The notes: a model not told the origin generated them from the sequence alone. A stretch of DNA of 64,000 bases from Nitrosopumilus sp. (GCA_965224195.1 OZ245040.1:1536001-1600000); one strand, 5' to 3'; positions 50,284-61,582 are shown, counted from the stretch's first letter. Numbers and translations: made by a program.

Positions 50284-50499
50284 TTAAGATTTTCTAAAAA
50301 GCTTTTTGATACTTTGGTTTACCAACGAACTTGAATCAAGATATACATCGTACAGGGATAGTCCTTCCATTTGGGTTTGATTATCAATTTCTTGAATTTT
50401 TTTTAGTTCTTCAGATGAGGCATTCAGTACCAAGTCATCTAATTTTTTCAAATGTTCTCGCTCTTTCGGAGTCATTAAATTTTGATTAAAAATAACCAT
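50284..50499 (-). CDS. Hypothetical protein
   Basis: 71 aa ORF; likely start MTPKER. Confidence 0.65.
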   Translation of the reverse strand: MVIFNQNLMTPKEREHLKKLDDLVLNASSEELKKIQEIDNQTQMEGLSLYDVYLDSSSLVNQSIKKLFRKS

Positions 50500-50592
50500 T
50501 TATGACCAAAAGTTGCCATATTAGACTAATTACTAAACTTCATAGACATGTTTTTGGAGAAAATATAATAAAAGATTTTCAGTAGGCTCATT

Positions 50593-51756
50593 GTGGAGAC
50601 AAAAAATATCGGTCTACGAGGTATTGAAGTTGCAGATACCAGAATTTCCAACATAGATGGTGAAAAAGGAAAGCTCATTTATCGTGGATTTGACATTTTA
50701 GATCTTACAAAGAATTCTACATTTGAAGAAACATCATATCTTTTACTTTATGACAAATTACCAACAAAAAACCAATTAGATGAATTTAATGCAAAATTAG
50801 TCGATGCAAGATACATTCCAAAACAAATGCAAAAAAACATGGGGAATTGGAGAAAGGATGCAGATCCAATGGATATGCTTCAAGCATTTGTATCTGCACT
50901 TGCAGGGTATTATGATGAAGAATTTTCAAACAAAGATGCAAGTTATGATAAAGCAATTAATCTCATTGCAAAAGTACCCACCATTGTTGCCAGTTGGCAT
51001 AGAATAAGAAATGGATTAGAACCAGTAGAACCTGATTCGTCACTTAGTCATGCTGCAAATTTTCTATACATGATGTTTGGGGAAAAGCCAGATAAAGAAG
51101 TTGAAAAAATATTTGACGTTTGTCTAATTCTTCATGCTGATCATACATTCAACGCATCTACTTTTACAGCTAGACAAGTTGCATCAACGAGAGCACACAT
51201 GTATTCAGCATCAAGTGCTGCAATTGGAGCACTAAGTGGAGAACTACACGGAGGAGCAAATACAGAAGTAATGAAAATGCTCTTAGAAATTGCAGAATTA
51301 GATAATGTAGAAGGATGGATTAAGGAAAAAATGGAAGTAGGAGATAAGATTATGGGAATGGGTCATGCAGTATACAAAACTTATGATCCACGAGCACAAG
51401 TGTTAAAAGAACTGTCTAGAAAATTAGCAGAAAAAACTAAAGACCCATGGTTTGACATTACAGAAAAAGTAGAAACTGCAACTATTTCTGAAATGAAATC
51501 CCAAAAAGACAGAGACATTTATCCAAACGTAGACCTGTACAGTGCATCATTATATTACATGTTAAAAATTCCAATGGATCTCAACACCCCAATCTTTGCG
51601 ATTTCAAGAGTGGTAGGATGGGCAGCTCACATCATTGAAGAAAAATTTGCAGAGGCTGCACCTAAACCAGCATTGTACAGACCAAAGGCCACATATGTTG
51701 GAAAATATTGCGGACCTCAAGGTTGTGAATATCAAACATTAAACTTGAGAAAATAA
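50593..51756 (+). CDS. gltA: Citrate synthase
   Basis: HADHTFNAST, LHGGAN, GMGHAVY, PNVD. Confidence 0.95.
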   Translation: METKNIGLRGIEVADTRISNIDGEKGKLIYRGFDILDLTKNSTFEETSYLLLYDKLPTKNQLDEFNAKLVDARYIPKQMQKNMGNWRKDADPMDMLQAFVSALAGYYDEEFSNKDASYDKAINLIAKVPTIVASWHRIRNGLEPVEPDSSLSHAANFLYMMFGEKPDKEVEKIFDVCLILHADHTFNASTFTARQVASTRAHMYSASSAAIGALSGELHGGANTEVMKMLLEIAELDNVEGWIKEKMEVGDKIMGMGHAVYKTYDPRAQVLKELSRKLAEKTKDPWFDITEKVETATISEMKSQKDRDIYPNVDLYSASLYYMLKIPMDLNTPIFAISRVVGWAAHIIEEKFAEAAPKPALYRPKATYVGKYCGPQGCEYQTLNLRK

Positions 51757-51758
51757 AA

Positions 51759-51965
51759 TTAATTTCTTGTACTTAACCAATCTTTAGCTTTTGAATTGAC
51801 ATCATGTTTGTACAATACTTCAAAAACCATATCATAGAATGTGATACCTTTTTTCTGGGCCTGATCATCAAGCCACTTTATCCCATCTGCTAATTCTGGA
51901 TCATATTCTGAGAATTCAACTAACTCATCTACCATTTTCGAGAAAAAGGCGTGAGATTCAAGCAT
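51759..51965 (-). CDS. Hypothetical protein
   Basis: MLESHAFFSKMVDELVEF... Confidence 0.7.
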   Translation of the reverse strand: MLESHAFFSKMVDELVEFSEYDPELADGIKWLDDQAQKKGITFYDMVFEVLYKHDVNSKAKDWLSTRN

Positions 51966-52041
51966 ATGTACACCTTTCAATCTATGATCATAAGTAGGGG
52001 ATTTAAAATATATTAACAAAAGACCCCTTTTTGGTTGACAA

Positions 52042-52452
52042 TTGGACCATGTTTTTTATTCTGATGGAAATGCAAAGAGGATTTCTTGGATAATTCAAAC
52101 AAATGATTCAGTCATTGAGCAAAATAGAGAGCATGTAGATATTTACAGAAATAAAATTTCAAATTTACAATCAAAATATGTGGCGTTACATATTGGATTA
52201 TTTTGGGGAATAGGAGTATTCAAAATTAAAAATAAAGAGGTTGTCAAAATAAAGTTAGATGGAAAAACAATGTTTGATCAGCTTAGTACAGACCTAGAAA
52301 TAGATGATAAATTTATTGCAAATCGAATTAAATTCATCAACCAATTAACTAAACAAAAAAAGTTAAAGATTCAATTTGAATTGATTAAACAAAAAGATAA
52401 CTTGGCAAATAAAAAACTAGAAGCAAAAGAGCTTAAGACCAAAAACGGATAG
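52042..52452 (+). CDS. RNase H-like fold protein, probably inactive
   Basis: FYSDG, SKYVALHIGL, IKLDG, NLA pattern of RNase HI. Confidence 0.65.
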   Translation: MDHVFYSDGNAKRISWIIQTNDSVIEQNREHVDIYRNKISNLQSKYVALHIGLFWGIGVFKIKNKEVVKIKLDGKTMFDQLSTDLEIDDKFIANRIKFINQLTKQKKLKIQFELIKQKDNLANKKLEAKELKTKNG

Positions 52453-52669
52453 TTACTTGGTGAGAGCTCAATCGCAGTTTGTGATTATGCTTAGCACTAG
52501 ATGAGTAAAAAAAGATTTGTTCATTAACAACACTTCACATTCAATTAGAGCGATCTTATGAAATTTTCAATAGATAATCAACAATATTGAAAATATTTCA
52601 ACAATAATGAATTTCATGAAGGTAAGTTTTTAAAAATACCCATTTGTGACGATTAGATTTATTTAGAAC

Positions 52670-53371
52670 ATGATAAGTTTTGAATTAATTATGGCAGGTA
52701 TAGACAAGGCAGCAATAGTATTCTCAATTGCAATCGCACTAGTAGGTGTAGGAATTGCAGTTGCAGGAAGCGCTGCAGATAATGCTCCAACATACACTGC
52801 TCCAGCAGTTACAAAAGAAATGTCAGAACCAGAAACTCAAAATGAGTCATTTGGTGCAGGCATTGCTGAGAAAGTAAAATCTGGGGATAATATGATGGAG
52901 AAAGAAACTGTACTGGAAGAAGAACTCAACATGGTAGAAACTCATGAAGAAGAACTCAACATGGTAGAAACTCATGAAGAAGAACTCAACATGGTAGAAA
53001 CTCATGAAGAAGAACTCAACATAGTAGAAACTCATGAAGAAGAAACCATGATGGAAGAACCAGTAGGACCAACAACTCACACAGTTGATATTCCAACAGG
53101 TACTTCAGTTCCAGGATGTGAAGAAAGTAATGTATGCTACTCACCAGCAGATATCATAATCAATGCTGGAGATACAGTAGAATGGATTAACGTCGACACA
53201 GCAGCACACACAGTAACTGGTGGCAGTCCAGCTGATGGCCCATCTGGCGTATTTGATAGCAGTCTAGTCATGGTAGATGCAGTTTATGCATTTACATTTG
53301 ATGACGCAGGCAATTACGATTACTTCTGTATGGTTCATCCATGGATGGTCGGTAGTGTTACAGTGAACTAA
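52670..53371 (+). CDS. Membrane-anchored blue-copper (plastocyanin/cupredoxin) protein; likely start 52691
   Basis: N-terminal TM; HTVT and YFCMVHPWM type-1 Cu ligands. Confidence 0.92.
   Translation: MISFELIMAGIDKAAIVFSIAIALVGVGIAVAGSAADNAPTYTAPAVTKEMSEPETQNESFGAGIAEKVKSGDNMMEKETVLEEELNMVETHEEELNMVETHEEELNMVETHEEELNIVETHEEETMMEEPVGPTTHTVDIPTGTSVPGCEESNVCYSPADIIINAGDTVEWINVDTAAHTVTGGSPADGPSGVFDSSLVMVDAVYAFTFDDAGNYDYFCMVHPWMVGSVTVN
52916..53044 (+). repeat. 30-bp tandem repeat x4 (EEELNMVETH)
   Basis: Three identical units and one with a single change. Confidence 0.93.
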
Positions 53372-53391
53372 CTAAAATTTTTCCTTTTTTC

Positions 53392-54978
53392 TTATTTTAT
53401 TTGATTTTTCCTTATTGTTCTATTATATGCAACACCAAATCGGTGCGTTTCATCTCTAGCATATTGTAAAATTTTTAGAGATGATTTGTATTTTGGAATA
53501 ACTATAGGGTTTTTATTTTTAGGCAAATAGACTTCTTCATTTTCTTTTGCCAAAGAGATGCAAGGTAAATCCAACCCAAGTGATTCTAAAGACTTCATTG
53601 TAGAACTAAGCTGACCTTTACCTCCATCAATCACTATCAAGTCAGGAAGTTCAGCATTCTCTTCTAATAACCTATAATATCGTCTCTTGATAATCTCACC
53701 AATCATTGCAAAATCATCTCGCCCAGATACTGTTTTGATTTTAAATTTCCTATATCCAGATTTATTTGGAATACCACCAACAAATCTAGACATTGACCCC
53801 ACTGCAAAATCTTCCCCATGATTAGATATATCAAAACATTCAATGATGTTTGGAATGACAGGTAGACTAAGAATTTCTTTTAATTCAACTAATCCAGGAT
53901 CCCCTCCTTTGGAAAGTATTAATTTAATATTTTTTAAAATCAGATTAATAATATCTTTTTTCTTACCTTTTGAAGGACATAGAATTTGAACTTTAAGTCC
54001 TGATTGTTCAGAGAGTAATAATTCTAATAATTGTTTATTGTCAGGCAATTCACTAACCAAAATAAATTTTGGAATTTTATGTGTAGAATAATATTGATAT
54101 AAAAAATTTGAAAAAGAATTATCACCAACTAAATCAAAAAAGAACTTGTCACTATCTCTAATCACACCATTAATCATTCTAAAGTTCATAACAGTTGCAG
54201 ATTGTTCTTGAATACCCATTCCAAAATATTCTTCATCAGAGTTTTCAACATATTCCATTTTTTGTTTAGTTTGAAGACTTCCAAGCCTAACCAGGGTATC
54301 ACGAATGTCTTTTGCACGTTCAAATTGTTGTGATTCAGCAGCCTGTTGCATTTCTTCTTCTAATTTTTTTGTAAAAATTTTAGCATGGTTTTTACCTTTC
54401 AAAACATCCTGTAATGCATTCACATGTTTTGGATATCTTTCTTGAGCATCCTTAAATTCACAAGGCCCCTCACAGTTACCCAGATGATATTCTAAGCAGA
54501 CTTTTTTTGGAAGAGTTTTACAAATTCTGATTTGGAATGATTTTCTCAATGTACCAATGGTAAGTAATTTTGAACTACCTTGTGTAAAAGGACCAAAAGT
54601 TTTCCCCTTACCAAGAAATTTTCCATCTCTAGTTCTTCTTGAAACTAATAGTCTAGGAAATTTTTCATCAGATATTCTAAGGTATGTGTATCGTTGTTGA
54701 TCTTTTAATTCAATATTAAATCTTGGTCGATATTTTTTAATCATATTGGATTCTAAAAGAAATGCTTCACTTTCATTATCAGTTAAAACAAATTCAATTG
54801 AGAAAATGTTTTCAACAAGCTTTTGGGTTTTATAATTTTGATTTTTGTTAAAATACGATCTTACCCTATTTTTCAAATTTTTTGCTTTACCAATATAAAT
54901 AATTTTACCATCAGAATCTTTCATCAAATAGATTCCAGGATCAGTAGGGATAGTAATTTTAGAAATATCAAAAGTCAT
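53392..54978 (-). CDS. uvrC: Excinuclease ABC subunit C
   Basis: GIY-YIG domain, FDISN, IDGGKGQL. Confidence 0.96.
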   Translation of the reverse strand: MTFDISKITIPTDPGIYLMKDSDGKIIYIGKAKNLKNRVRSYFNKNQNYKTQKLVENIFSIEFVLTDNESEAFLLESNMIKKYRPRFNIELKDQQRYTYLRISDEKFPRLLVSRRTRDGKFLGKGKTFGPFTQGSSKLLTIGTLRKSFQIRICKTLPKKVCLEYHLGNCEGPCEFKDAQERYPKHVNALQDVLKGKNHAKIFTKKLEEEMQQAAESQQFERAKDIRDTLVRLGSLQTKQKMEYVENSDEEYFGMGIQEQSATVMNFRMINGVIRDSDKFFFDLVGDNSFSNFLYQYYSTHKIPKFILVSELPDNKQLLELLLSEQSGLKVQILCPSKGKKKDIINLILKNIKLILSKGGDPGLVELKEILSLPVIPNIIECFDISNHGEDFAVGSMSRFVGGIPNKSGYRKFKIKTVSGRDDFAMIGEIIKRRYYRLLEENAELPDLIVIDGGKGQLSSTMKSLESLGLDLPCISLAKENEEVYLPKNKNPIVIPKYKSSLKILQYARDETHRFGVAYNRTIRKNQIK

Positions 54979-57794
54979 TTTTTTAACAATTTCTTCAAAT
55001 ACTTTCCAGTATAACTCCCAGGTGCTTTTGCAACATCTTTAGGAGTACCAACTGCAACTACTTTGCCACCTTCATCTCCACCCTCAGGTCCAAGATCAAT
55101 TAACCAATCAGAATTTTTGATTACATCCATGTTGTGCTCTATTACAACCACAGTGTTTCCCAAGTTCACTAAACGATTAAGAACATCTAGTAATTTTTGA
55201 ACATCTGCAAAATGTAAACCTGTTGTAGGCTCATCCAAAATGTATAGGGTTTTTCCAGTACCTCGTTTTGATAATTCAGATGCAAGTTTCACTCTTTGAG
55301 CCTCACCACCAGATAAAGTGGTGGATGATTGTCCAAGTTTGATATATTCCAATCCAACATCATACATAGTTTGCAATGTTCGTTTTATTCTAGGGATATT
55401 CTCAAAGAAATTTAATGCCTCATAAACAGTCATATCTAAAATATCAGAAATATTTTTTCCCTTATACAACACAGACAAAGTTTCAGTGTTGTATCTTTTT
55501 CCTTTACATTCATCACACTTTACATAGACATCAGATAAAAACTGCATTTCAATTTTCTTGACACCGTCACCATCACATGCAAAACACCTACCAACAGCAA
55601 CATTAAATGAAAATTGACCTGGTGCATATCCACGTTCTTTTGATAATGCAGTGTTTGCATAAAGTTCTCGAATAGGAGTGAAAGATCCAATGTAAGTTGC
55701 AGGGTTTGAACGTGGGGTTCTGCCAATAGGAGATTGGTCTATGGCAATTACTTTATCAATATTTTCTAAACCAATAATTTCCTTATGAACACCAGATCTA
55801 ACATTTGATTTGTAAAAATGATTTTCTAATGTTTTTAACAGAACATCATTAATCAGAGTAGATTTTCCAGAACCAGAAACTCCAGTTACAGAAACAAAAA
55901 AACCTAGAGGGATTTCAACATCAATAAATTTTAAATTATTTTCAGAGGCTTTCTTTATAACTATAGAACCTGAGCGATTACGAACTTTATCAGTCAAATT
56001 AATTAATGAATTATTTTTCAGATATCGACCAGTTATAGATTTTGTATCTTTAAGAATTTGATTTACAGTACCTTCAAAAACTACGTTTCCCCCATGTATG
56101 CCAGCACCTGGACCTAAATCTATCATCCAGTCTGAATTTCGTATAACTTCTTCGTCATGCTCTACAACAATGACTGTATTTCCCAGATTTCGTAGCTTAT
56201 TTAGCGTTTTAATGAGTCGGGTATTATCTCGCTGATGCAATCCAATTGTTGGCTCATCAAGCACATACAATACGCCAGTTAAATTAGAACCAATCTGAGT
56301 TGCCAATCTAATTCGTTGTGATTCACCACCAGATAAAGTAGAACTTAATCTATTCAAAGATAGATAATTTAATCCGACATTCATTAAAAATTCAAGACGT
56401 TCTTTAATTTCTTTTAGAACATCCCTTGCAATGTATTGTTCATTTTCAGTTAATTTTAGTGAAGAAAAGAAATCATAGCAATGATCAATAGACATATCAC
56501 ATACATCCATTATTCCTTTTTCGTTAATTTTAACAGCAAGAGATTCTGGTTTTAGTTTTTTACCATTGCATGAATTACAAGGAGTATCTCGCATGAATTG
56601 CTTTAACCATTCTCTTTTTGATTCAGAATCAGTCTCCATAAAAGTTCGTTGTAGATTAGATAAAACACCTTCAAACGCATTTGTAGATTGCCAAGAAGAA
56701 TCTCCAGATTTTGAACGATATGTGAAATCAATTAAATCATCTGTACCATTTAAAATTATTTTAAGATGTTTTGGTTTTATTTTATCAAAAGGAGTCATCA
56801 AATCAAACCCAAATTTTTTACCCACTGCTCTTAATGCTTGACGTCTAAATACAGAAAATCGTCCACTCCAAGGAACAATTGCACCATCCAAAATAGATTT
56901 AGTTTTATCAGGTACAACTAAATCTTCATCAAACTCCATCTTTACTCCCAAACCATTACATGTTTTACACATACCAAAAGGAGAATTAAATGAAAAAGAT
57001 CTTGGCTCTAATTCACCTACGGTTAATCCACAATAAGGACATGCATTGTTTTGTGAGAAAATCTTTTCTGATTTCTCAGTTGCAATCATAACATCGCCTT
57101 TGGACGCATTGATTGCAGTCTGTATGGCTTCAAAGAGCCTGGATCTCTCAGATTTTTCAATGGTGATTCTATCAACTACAATCTCAATATTGTGCCATTT
57201 TTGTCTATCAAGAGTGGGAATATCATCATCCAGGCTCAGAATTTCACCATTTAAGCGTATTCTAGAATATCCATCCTTTTTGATTTGTTCGAATAATTTC
57301 TCATACGTTCCCTTTTTTCTCTGAACCATAGGGGCCAAAACAAAAATTTTTTTCCCTAAAAAATCTTTGAGAACAGAATCACATATTCGTTCTATTGATT
57401 GGGTTGACACTTTACGTCCACAATTAGTACAATAAGGAATACCAATTCGGGCAAATAATAATCTCATATAATCATAAATTTCCGTAGTAGTTCCAACTGT
57501 AGAACGCGGATTTTTACTTGTAGTTTTTTGTTGTATCGCAATTGCAGGGGAAAGCCCTTCAATTGAATCAACATCAGGTTTATCCATCATGTCTAAAAAT
57601 TGACGAGCGTATGCAGAAAGAGATTCTACATATCTTCTCTGACCTTCAGCATAGATTGTATCAAATGCCAAAGTAGATTTTCCAGAACCAGACAATCCAC
57701 TAATTACAACCAATTTATTTTTTGGAATATCAATGTCTAAATTTTTTAGATTATGATGTCGTGCACCTCTAATTTTTAATTTATTTTCGGTCAT
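54975..57794 (-). CDS. uvrA: Excinuclease ABC subunit A
   Basis: Two ABC cassettes (GLSGSGKS, GVSGSGKS) and Zn fingers. Confidence 0.97.
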   Translation of the reverse strand: MTENKLKIRGARHHNLKNLDIDIPKNKLVVISGLSGSGKSTLAFDTIYAEGQRRYVESLSAYARQFLDMMDKPDVDSIEGLSPAIAIQQKTTSKNPRSTVGTTTEIYDYMRLLFARIGIPYCTNCGRKVSTQSIERICDSVLKDFLGKKIFVLAPMVQRKKGTYEKLFEQIKKDGYSRIRLNGEILSLDDDIPTLDRQKWHNIEIVVDRITIEKSERSRLFEAIQTAINASKGDVMIATEKSEKIFSQNNACPYCGLTVGELEPRSFSFNSPFGMCKTCNGLGVKMEFDEDLVVPDKTKSILDGAIVPWSGRFSVFRRQALRAVGKKFGFDLMTPFDKIKPKHLKIILNGTDDLIDFTYRSKSGDSSWQSTNAFEGVLSNLQRTFMETDSESKREWLKQFMRDTPCNSCNGKKLKPESLAVKINEKGIMDVCDMSIDHCYDFFSSLKLTENEQYIARDVLKEIKERLEFLMNVGLNYLSLNRLSSTLSGGESQRIRLATQIGSNLTGVLYVLDEPTIGLHQRDNTRLIKTLNKLRNLGNTVIVVEHDEEVIRNSDWMIDLGPGAGIHGGNVVFEGTVNQILKDTKSITGRYLKNNSLINLTDKVRNRSGSIVIKKASENNLKFIDVEIPLGFFVSVTGVSGSGKSTLINDVLLKTLENHFYKSNVRSGVHKEIIGLENIDKVIAIDQSPIGRTPRSNPATYIGSFTPIRELYANTALSKERGYAPGQFSFNVAVGRCFACDGDGVKKIEMQFLSDVYVKCDECKGKRYNTETLSVLYKGKNISDILDMTVYEALNFFENIPRIKRTLQTMYDVGLEYIKLGQSSTTLSGGEAQRVKLASELSKRGTGKTLYILDEPTTGLHFADVQKLLDVLNRLVNLGNTVVVIEHNMDVIKNSDWLIDLGPEGGDEGGKVVAVGTPKDVAKAPGSYTGKYLKKLLKK

Positions 57795-59736
57795 TTTTAT
57801 ATTCAATCTCCTTTTCCAGTCTTTTTATTCTATCTCGACATTCAATCGCACGTTCAAAATCTAACTCTTCAGAATATTTTTTCATTTGAGCATCCAAATC
57901 TATGATTTCAGTAGTAAGATCATGCGTAGATTTTAGTTTAGAATCATCTAATGCAACTTCTTGAATTGGAACAGATTTGATAATTGTTTTAGGGGCAATA
58001 TTGTGATCTTTGTTATATTGAATTTGTTTTTCTCTACGACGTTTAGTTTCACTCATAGTATTTTTCATAGATTGCGTTGTTTTATCAGCATACATTATGA
58101 CAGTCCCATTCACATTTCTTGCAGCTCGACCACATGTTTGAATCAAACTTGTAAAATTCCTCAAAAACCCTTCTTTGTCAGCATCTAAAATTGCAACTAG
58201 AGAAACTTCTGGAAGATCCAACCCTTCTCTGAGAAGATTAATGCCAACAAGAACATCAAATTCACCCAATCGTAATTGCCTAAGTATCTCAGTTCTCTGC
58301 AATCCCTCGATTTCTGAATGCATGTATCTAACTCTAACATGTTTTTTTGAAAGATACTCAGCCAAATCTTCAGCCATCCTCTTAGTCAAAGTAGTGACTA
58401 AAACTCGTTCAGAATTAGCAGATCTTTTGTTAATTTCCCGGATTAGATCATCCATCTGGTTTTTTGTAGACCTAATCTCAACTTGAGGGTCAAGTAAGCC
58501 AGTAGGCCTTACAAGTTGCTCAACAATTTGAGATGAAATTTTTTTCTCATATTCAGAAGGAGTGGCTGAAACAAAAACTGTATTTTGTATGTATTCTTCA
58601 AATTCTTCAAATTTTAGGGGACGGTTATCAAGCGCACTAGGTAGCCTAAACCCATATGTAATTAGTTCATTTTTTCTTGAGCGGTCACCCTTGTACATTC
58701 CGTGAAGCTGAGGCAATGTAACATGAGACTCATCAATTACTAATAGATAGTCATCACCAAAAAAATCCATCAAACAAAATGCTTTTTCACCGGCTTTTCG
58801 TCCATCAAAATGTCTAGAGTAATTTTCAATTCCAGAACAATATCCCAATTCTTCAATCATTTCCAAATCATATTTTGTCCTCATCTCAAGTCTTTGTTTT
58901 TCTAATTCATTTAATTCAGGCAATCGTTTTTTTAATTCATCTCTAATTGATTTAACAGCTTTTTTACGAACATCTTTTGCAATAAGATAGTGTTTTGCAG
59001 GATAAATTTTCATTTGCGATACTTTCTTTTTTTCTTTCAAGGAAATATGATCTAAAATAGTTATTTTTTCTACCTCATCTCCAAACATAGAGATTCTAAC
59101 TAAATCTTCAGAATATGCAGGAGTAACATCAATGGTGTCACCTTTAACTCTAAAATTTCCAGGTGCTATTTCAATATCATTTCGTTCATACCTTGCATCT
59201 ACAAATCTTCGAATTATCTCACTTCTTTTAATTTCATCACCCGTGTTAATTATAACAGCTAAATCTCCCCAATCCTTTGGATTACCAAGAGAATAGATGC
59301 AAGATACTGTGGATACAATAATTGTAGGTTCTCCTGAAAGCAGCATTGCAGTTGCCTCTAATCTCATCTTTTCTATTTTTTCATTAATTTGAGTATCTTT
59401 TTCTATGTAGGTATCAGTTTGTGGAAGATAACTTTCCGGTTGATAATAATCATAATAGGATACAAAATAACCAACATTGTTTTTTGGAAAAAATTGTTTT
59501 AATTCAGAATAAAGTTGTGCTGCAAGAGTTTTGTTATGAGAAATCACAAGTGTGTGTTTTCCAGTTCTTGCAATTACATTTGCTACAGAAAACGTCTTTC
59601 CACTTCCCGTCACCCCAAGTAATGTTTGAACGGTTCCTTTCTTCACACCTTTTACCAAAGAATCAATTGCTTGAGGTTGATCGCCTGTAGGCACATAATC
59701 AGATGATAATTCAAAGTGGGATATTTGTTCCAACAT
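57781..59736 (-). CDS. uvrB: Excinuclease ABC subunit B
   Basis: GVTGSGKT, YYDYYQPE, DESH and C-terminal UVR domain. Confidence 0.97.
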   Translation of the reverse strand: MLEQISHFELSSDYVPTGDQPQAIDSLVKGVKKGTVQTLLGVTGSGKTFSVANVIARTGKHTLVISHNKTLAAQLYSELKQFFPKNNVGYFVSYYDYYQPESYLPQTDTYIEKDTQINEKIEKMRLEATAMLLSGEPTIIVSTVSCIYSLGNPKDWGDLAVIINTGDEIKRSEIIRRFVDARYERNDIEIAPGNFRVKGDTIDVTPAYSEDLVRISMFGDEVEKITILDHISLKEKKKVSQMKIYPAKHYLIAKDVRKKAVKSIRDELKKRLPELNELEKQRLEMRTKYDLEMIEELGYCSGIENYSRHFDGRKAGEKAFCLMDFFGDDYLLVIDESHVTLPQLHGMYKGDRSRKNELITYGFRLPSALDNRPLKFEEFEEYIQNTVFVSATPSEYEKKISSQIVEQLVRPTGLLDPQVEIRSTKNQMDDLIREINKRSANSERVLVTTLTKRMAEDLAEYLSKKHVRVRYMHSEIEGLQRTEILRQLRLGEFDVLVGINLLREGLDLPEVSLVAILDADKEGFLRNFTSLIQTCGRAARNVNGTVIMYADKTTQSMKNTMSETKRRREKQIQYNKDHNIAPKTIIKSVPIQEVALDDSKLKSTHDLTTEIIDLDAQMKKYSEELDFERAIECRDRIKRLEKEIEYKNDRK

Positions 59737-60031
59737 ATCCAATCCCTGAAAACTGAACTTATAGCTAACGCTTTCCAAATAAGAGCAACAAGTCAAGAAT
59801 ATATCAAATTTAGGAATTTTGAAAAAATGTTATATTTTAATAATTCAATAAAAAATTCAGTTGGCAACAGAAAAGGATGCTAAAAAAGACCTCAAAGAAA
59901 CACAGAAGAGGTAATGATGGACTTGGCATTAAAAACAAACACATTTCTTGAAAAATTAAAGACTGAGACTAGAAAGAACAGAGTCCAAATATAGTATGAA
60001 ATAATTCCAATGAATTAGATAAATTCCATAA

Positions 60032-60664
60032 TTACCATAAAGGCTCATCAATCATCTTTAAACCAGATTCAGTTACCTCAAAACCCATAATTTTTAAAGT
60101 TTCAATAGCAGATGGGGAATTTTTCTGTAGAATTTTTTGTGCCAAATCTAATCGGTTTTCAGGCCTCATATGTTGACCAATTTTGTATTTACCATGCAAT
60201 GTTTGAGGAGTTACTTTGATTACGCTTACAGCATCCAATACACGCATTTCAGATTGTATAGGATCATACTGGCCTTCAGGTTGATATTTTTCCATCAAAC
60301 TATTTAGTGCAAGAGTTTTTTCTTCTCTATCAGATACAAAAGAAGCAATGCCTTTGATTACAACACTGATGTATAATGTATCAGCTAAAGACGCATTGCG
60401 TGGATCTTCAAAATAAGATGGTAAAAATTCTAGTTCCCGGTCAGCTTCAAATCCAACTTTATTGTTTCTTGCAATATTATTCAATTTCTCACCTTTCACA
60501 TGAGAATGCATGTAAACTGCATCGTTAAGAAATACAAAATTCATTGGAATTATTTGTGGAAACCCATCCTCATCAATGCTTGCTACCCGTCCAACATGTT
60601 CTTCATGCAAAAATTCTTTTACTTTTTCATATGATTTAATTTGAAGAATTCCAGTTAACTGCAT
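60032..60664 (-). CDS. Pyridoxamine 5'-phosphate oxidase-like flavin-binding protein
   Basis: GRVASID..PQIIPMNF..YMHS..GEKL. Confidence 0.85.
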   Translation of the reverse strand: MQLTGILQIKSYEKVKEFLHEEHVGRVASIDEDGFPQIIPMNFVFLNDAVYMHSHVKGEKLNNIARNNKVGFEADRELEFLPSYFEDPRNASLADTLYISVVIKGIASFVSDREEKTLALNSLMEKYQPEGQYDPIQSEMRVLDAVSVIKVTPQTLHGKYKIGQHMRPENRLDLAQKILQKNSPSAIETLKIMGFEVTESGLKMIDEPLW

Positions 60665-60740
60665 AATTTAATTCAGTAAAATAATATTATAAATCCAGAG
60701 CATAGAAATCCCTAAAATACAAGGTAAATAAAAAATCATC

Positions 60741-60959
60741 ATGGATGATCCATATCTTAATGAATTAAGAGGTGATTTTCAAAGATATTCCAATCAATTA
60801 AAAAAATTAAAAACAAAATTATTAAAATCAAATTCCCCAGATTTACAGGCAAAAATCATCAAACAAATTGATTCCATAGCAAACAAGATGGAGAATAATC
60901 AAAAACAATCAGTAAAAGTAACAAAATCTAGAATTAAAGAACTAAAATCAAAAAAATAG
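60741..60959 (+). CDS. Small coiled-coil protein
   Basis: 72 aa helical ORF. Confidence 0.65.
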   Translation: MDDPYLNELRGDFQRYSNQLKKLKTKLLKSNSPDLQAKIIKQIDSIANKMENNQKQSVKVTKSRIKELKSKK

Positions 60960-61168
60960 ATTCAATCTTCTTCATCTAATTCTTTGGCCATAGCCTTAAT
61001 TTCCAAAATTCTACATTCTAATTCATTGCATTCTGTTTTGAATTCTGTGCCCATAGGGTATCATTACAAAAATAATCAAAAACAAATAACATCCTAAAAC
61101 TTGACTTTTTTCATCCAAATTCTTCATTAATGTAAATTCCTAAATTTAGGATTAATTCAACGTATGAA

Positions 61169-61582
61169 ATGAGCGAAGTTGATGAAGAACGAGAAGAAGC
61201 AGTCAAGGTAACTTTGAATCTTTTAGAAGAATGGGGTTCTGCATCAAAATTCATCTGGTTTAGAGAATTACATAGAATTACAGACATTGACAAAGGATTG
61301 CTTCGAAATATCCTCAATGAATTAAAAAAATCAAAAGAAGTCAAAGAGATGCATGGAACCAATAATAGAATATTTTTTTGCCTCAAAAGATATTACATCA
61401 AATGTAGAGATGTAGAGTTTAGATTCAAAGGTAAACAAATTATGTTAAAGGATGGAAGTAAAACAAAAATCATTCAAGGTTCAACTAATGCAACAGAACG
61501 AACTAGAAAAAGAATAGAAAAGCAAAAAAACAGACATAATTCAAAAGCAACTACAAAAAGAAAAAGACCACATAAATCATAG
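61169..61582 (+). CDS. Basic winged-helix-like hypothetical protein
   Basis: WFRELHRITDIDKGLLRNILNEL HTH pattern; basic tail. Confidence 0.6.
   Translation: MSEVDEEREEAVKVTLNLLEEWGSASKFIWFRELHRITDIDKGLLRNILNELKKSKEVKEMHGTNNRIFFCLKRYYIKCRDVEFRFKGKQIMLKDGSKTKIIQGSTNATERTRKRIEKQKNRHNSKATTKRKRPHKS

Noticed and set aside
52916-53044. 30-bp repeats as a CRISPR array
   Set aside because: No spacers; in-frame coding tandem repeat.
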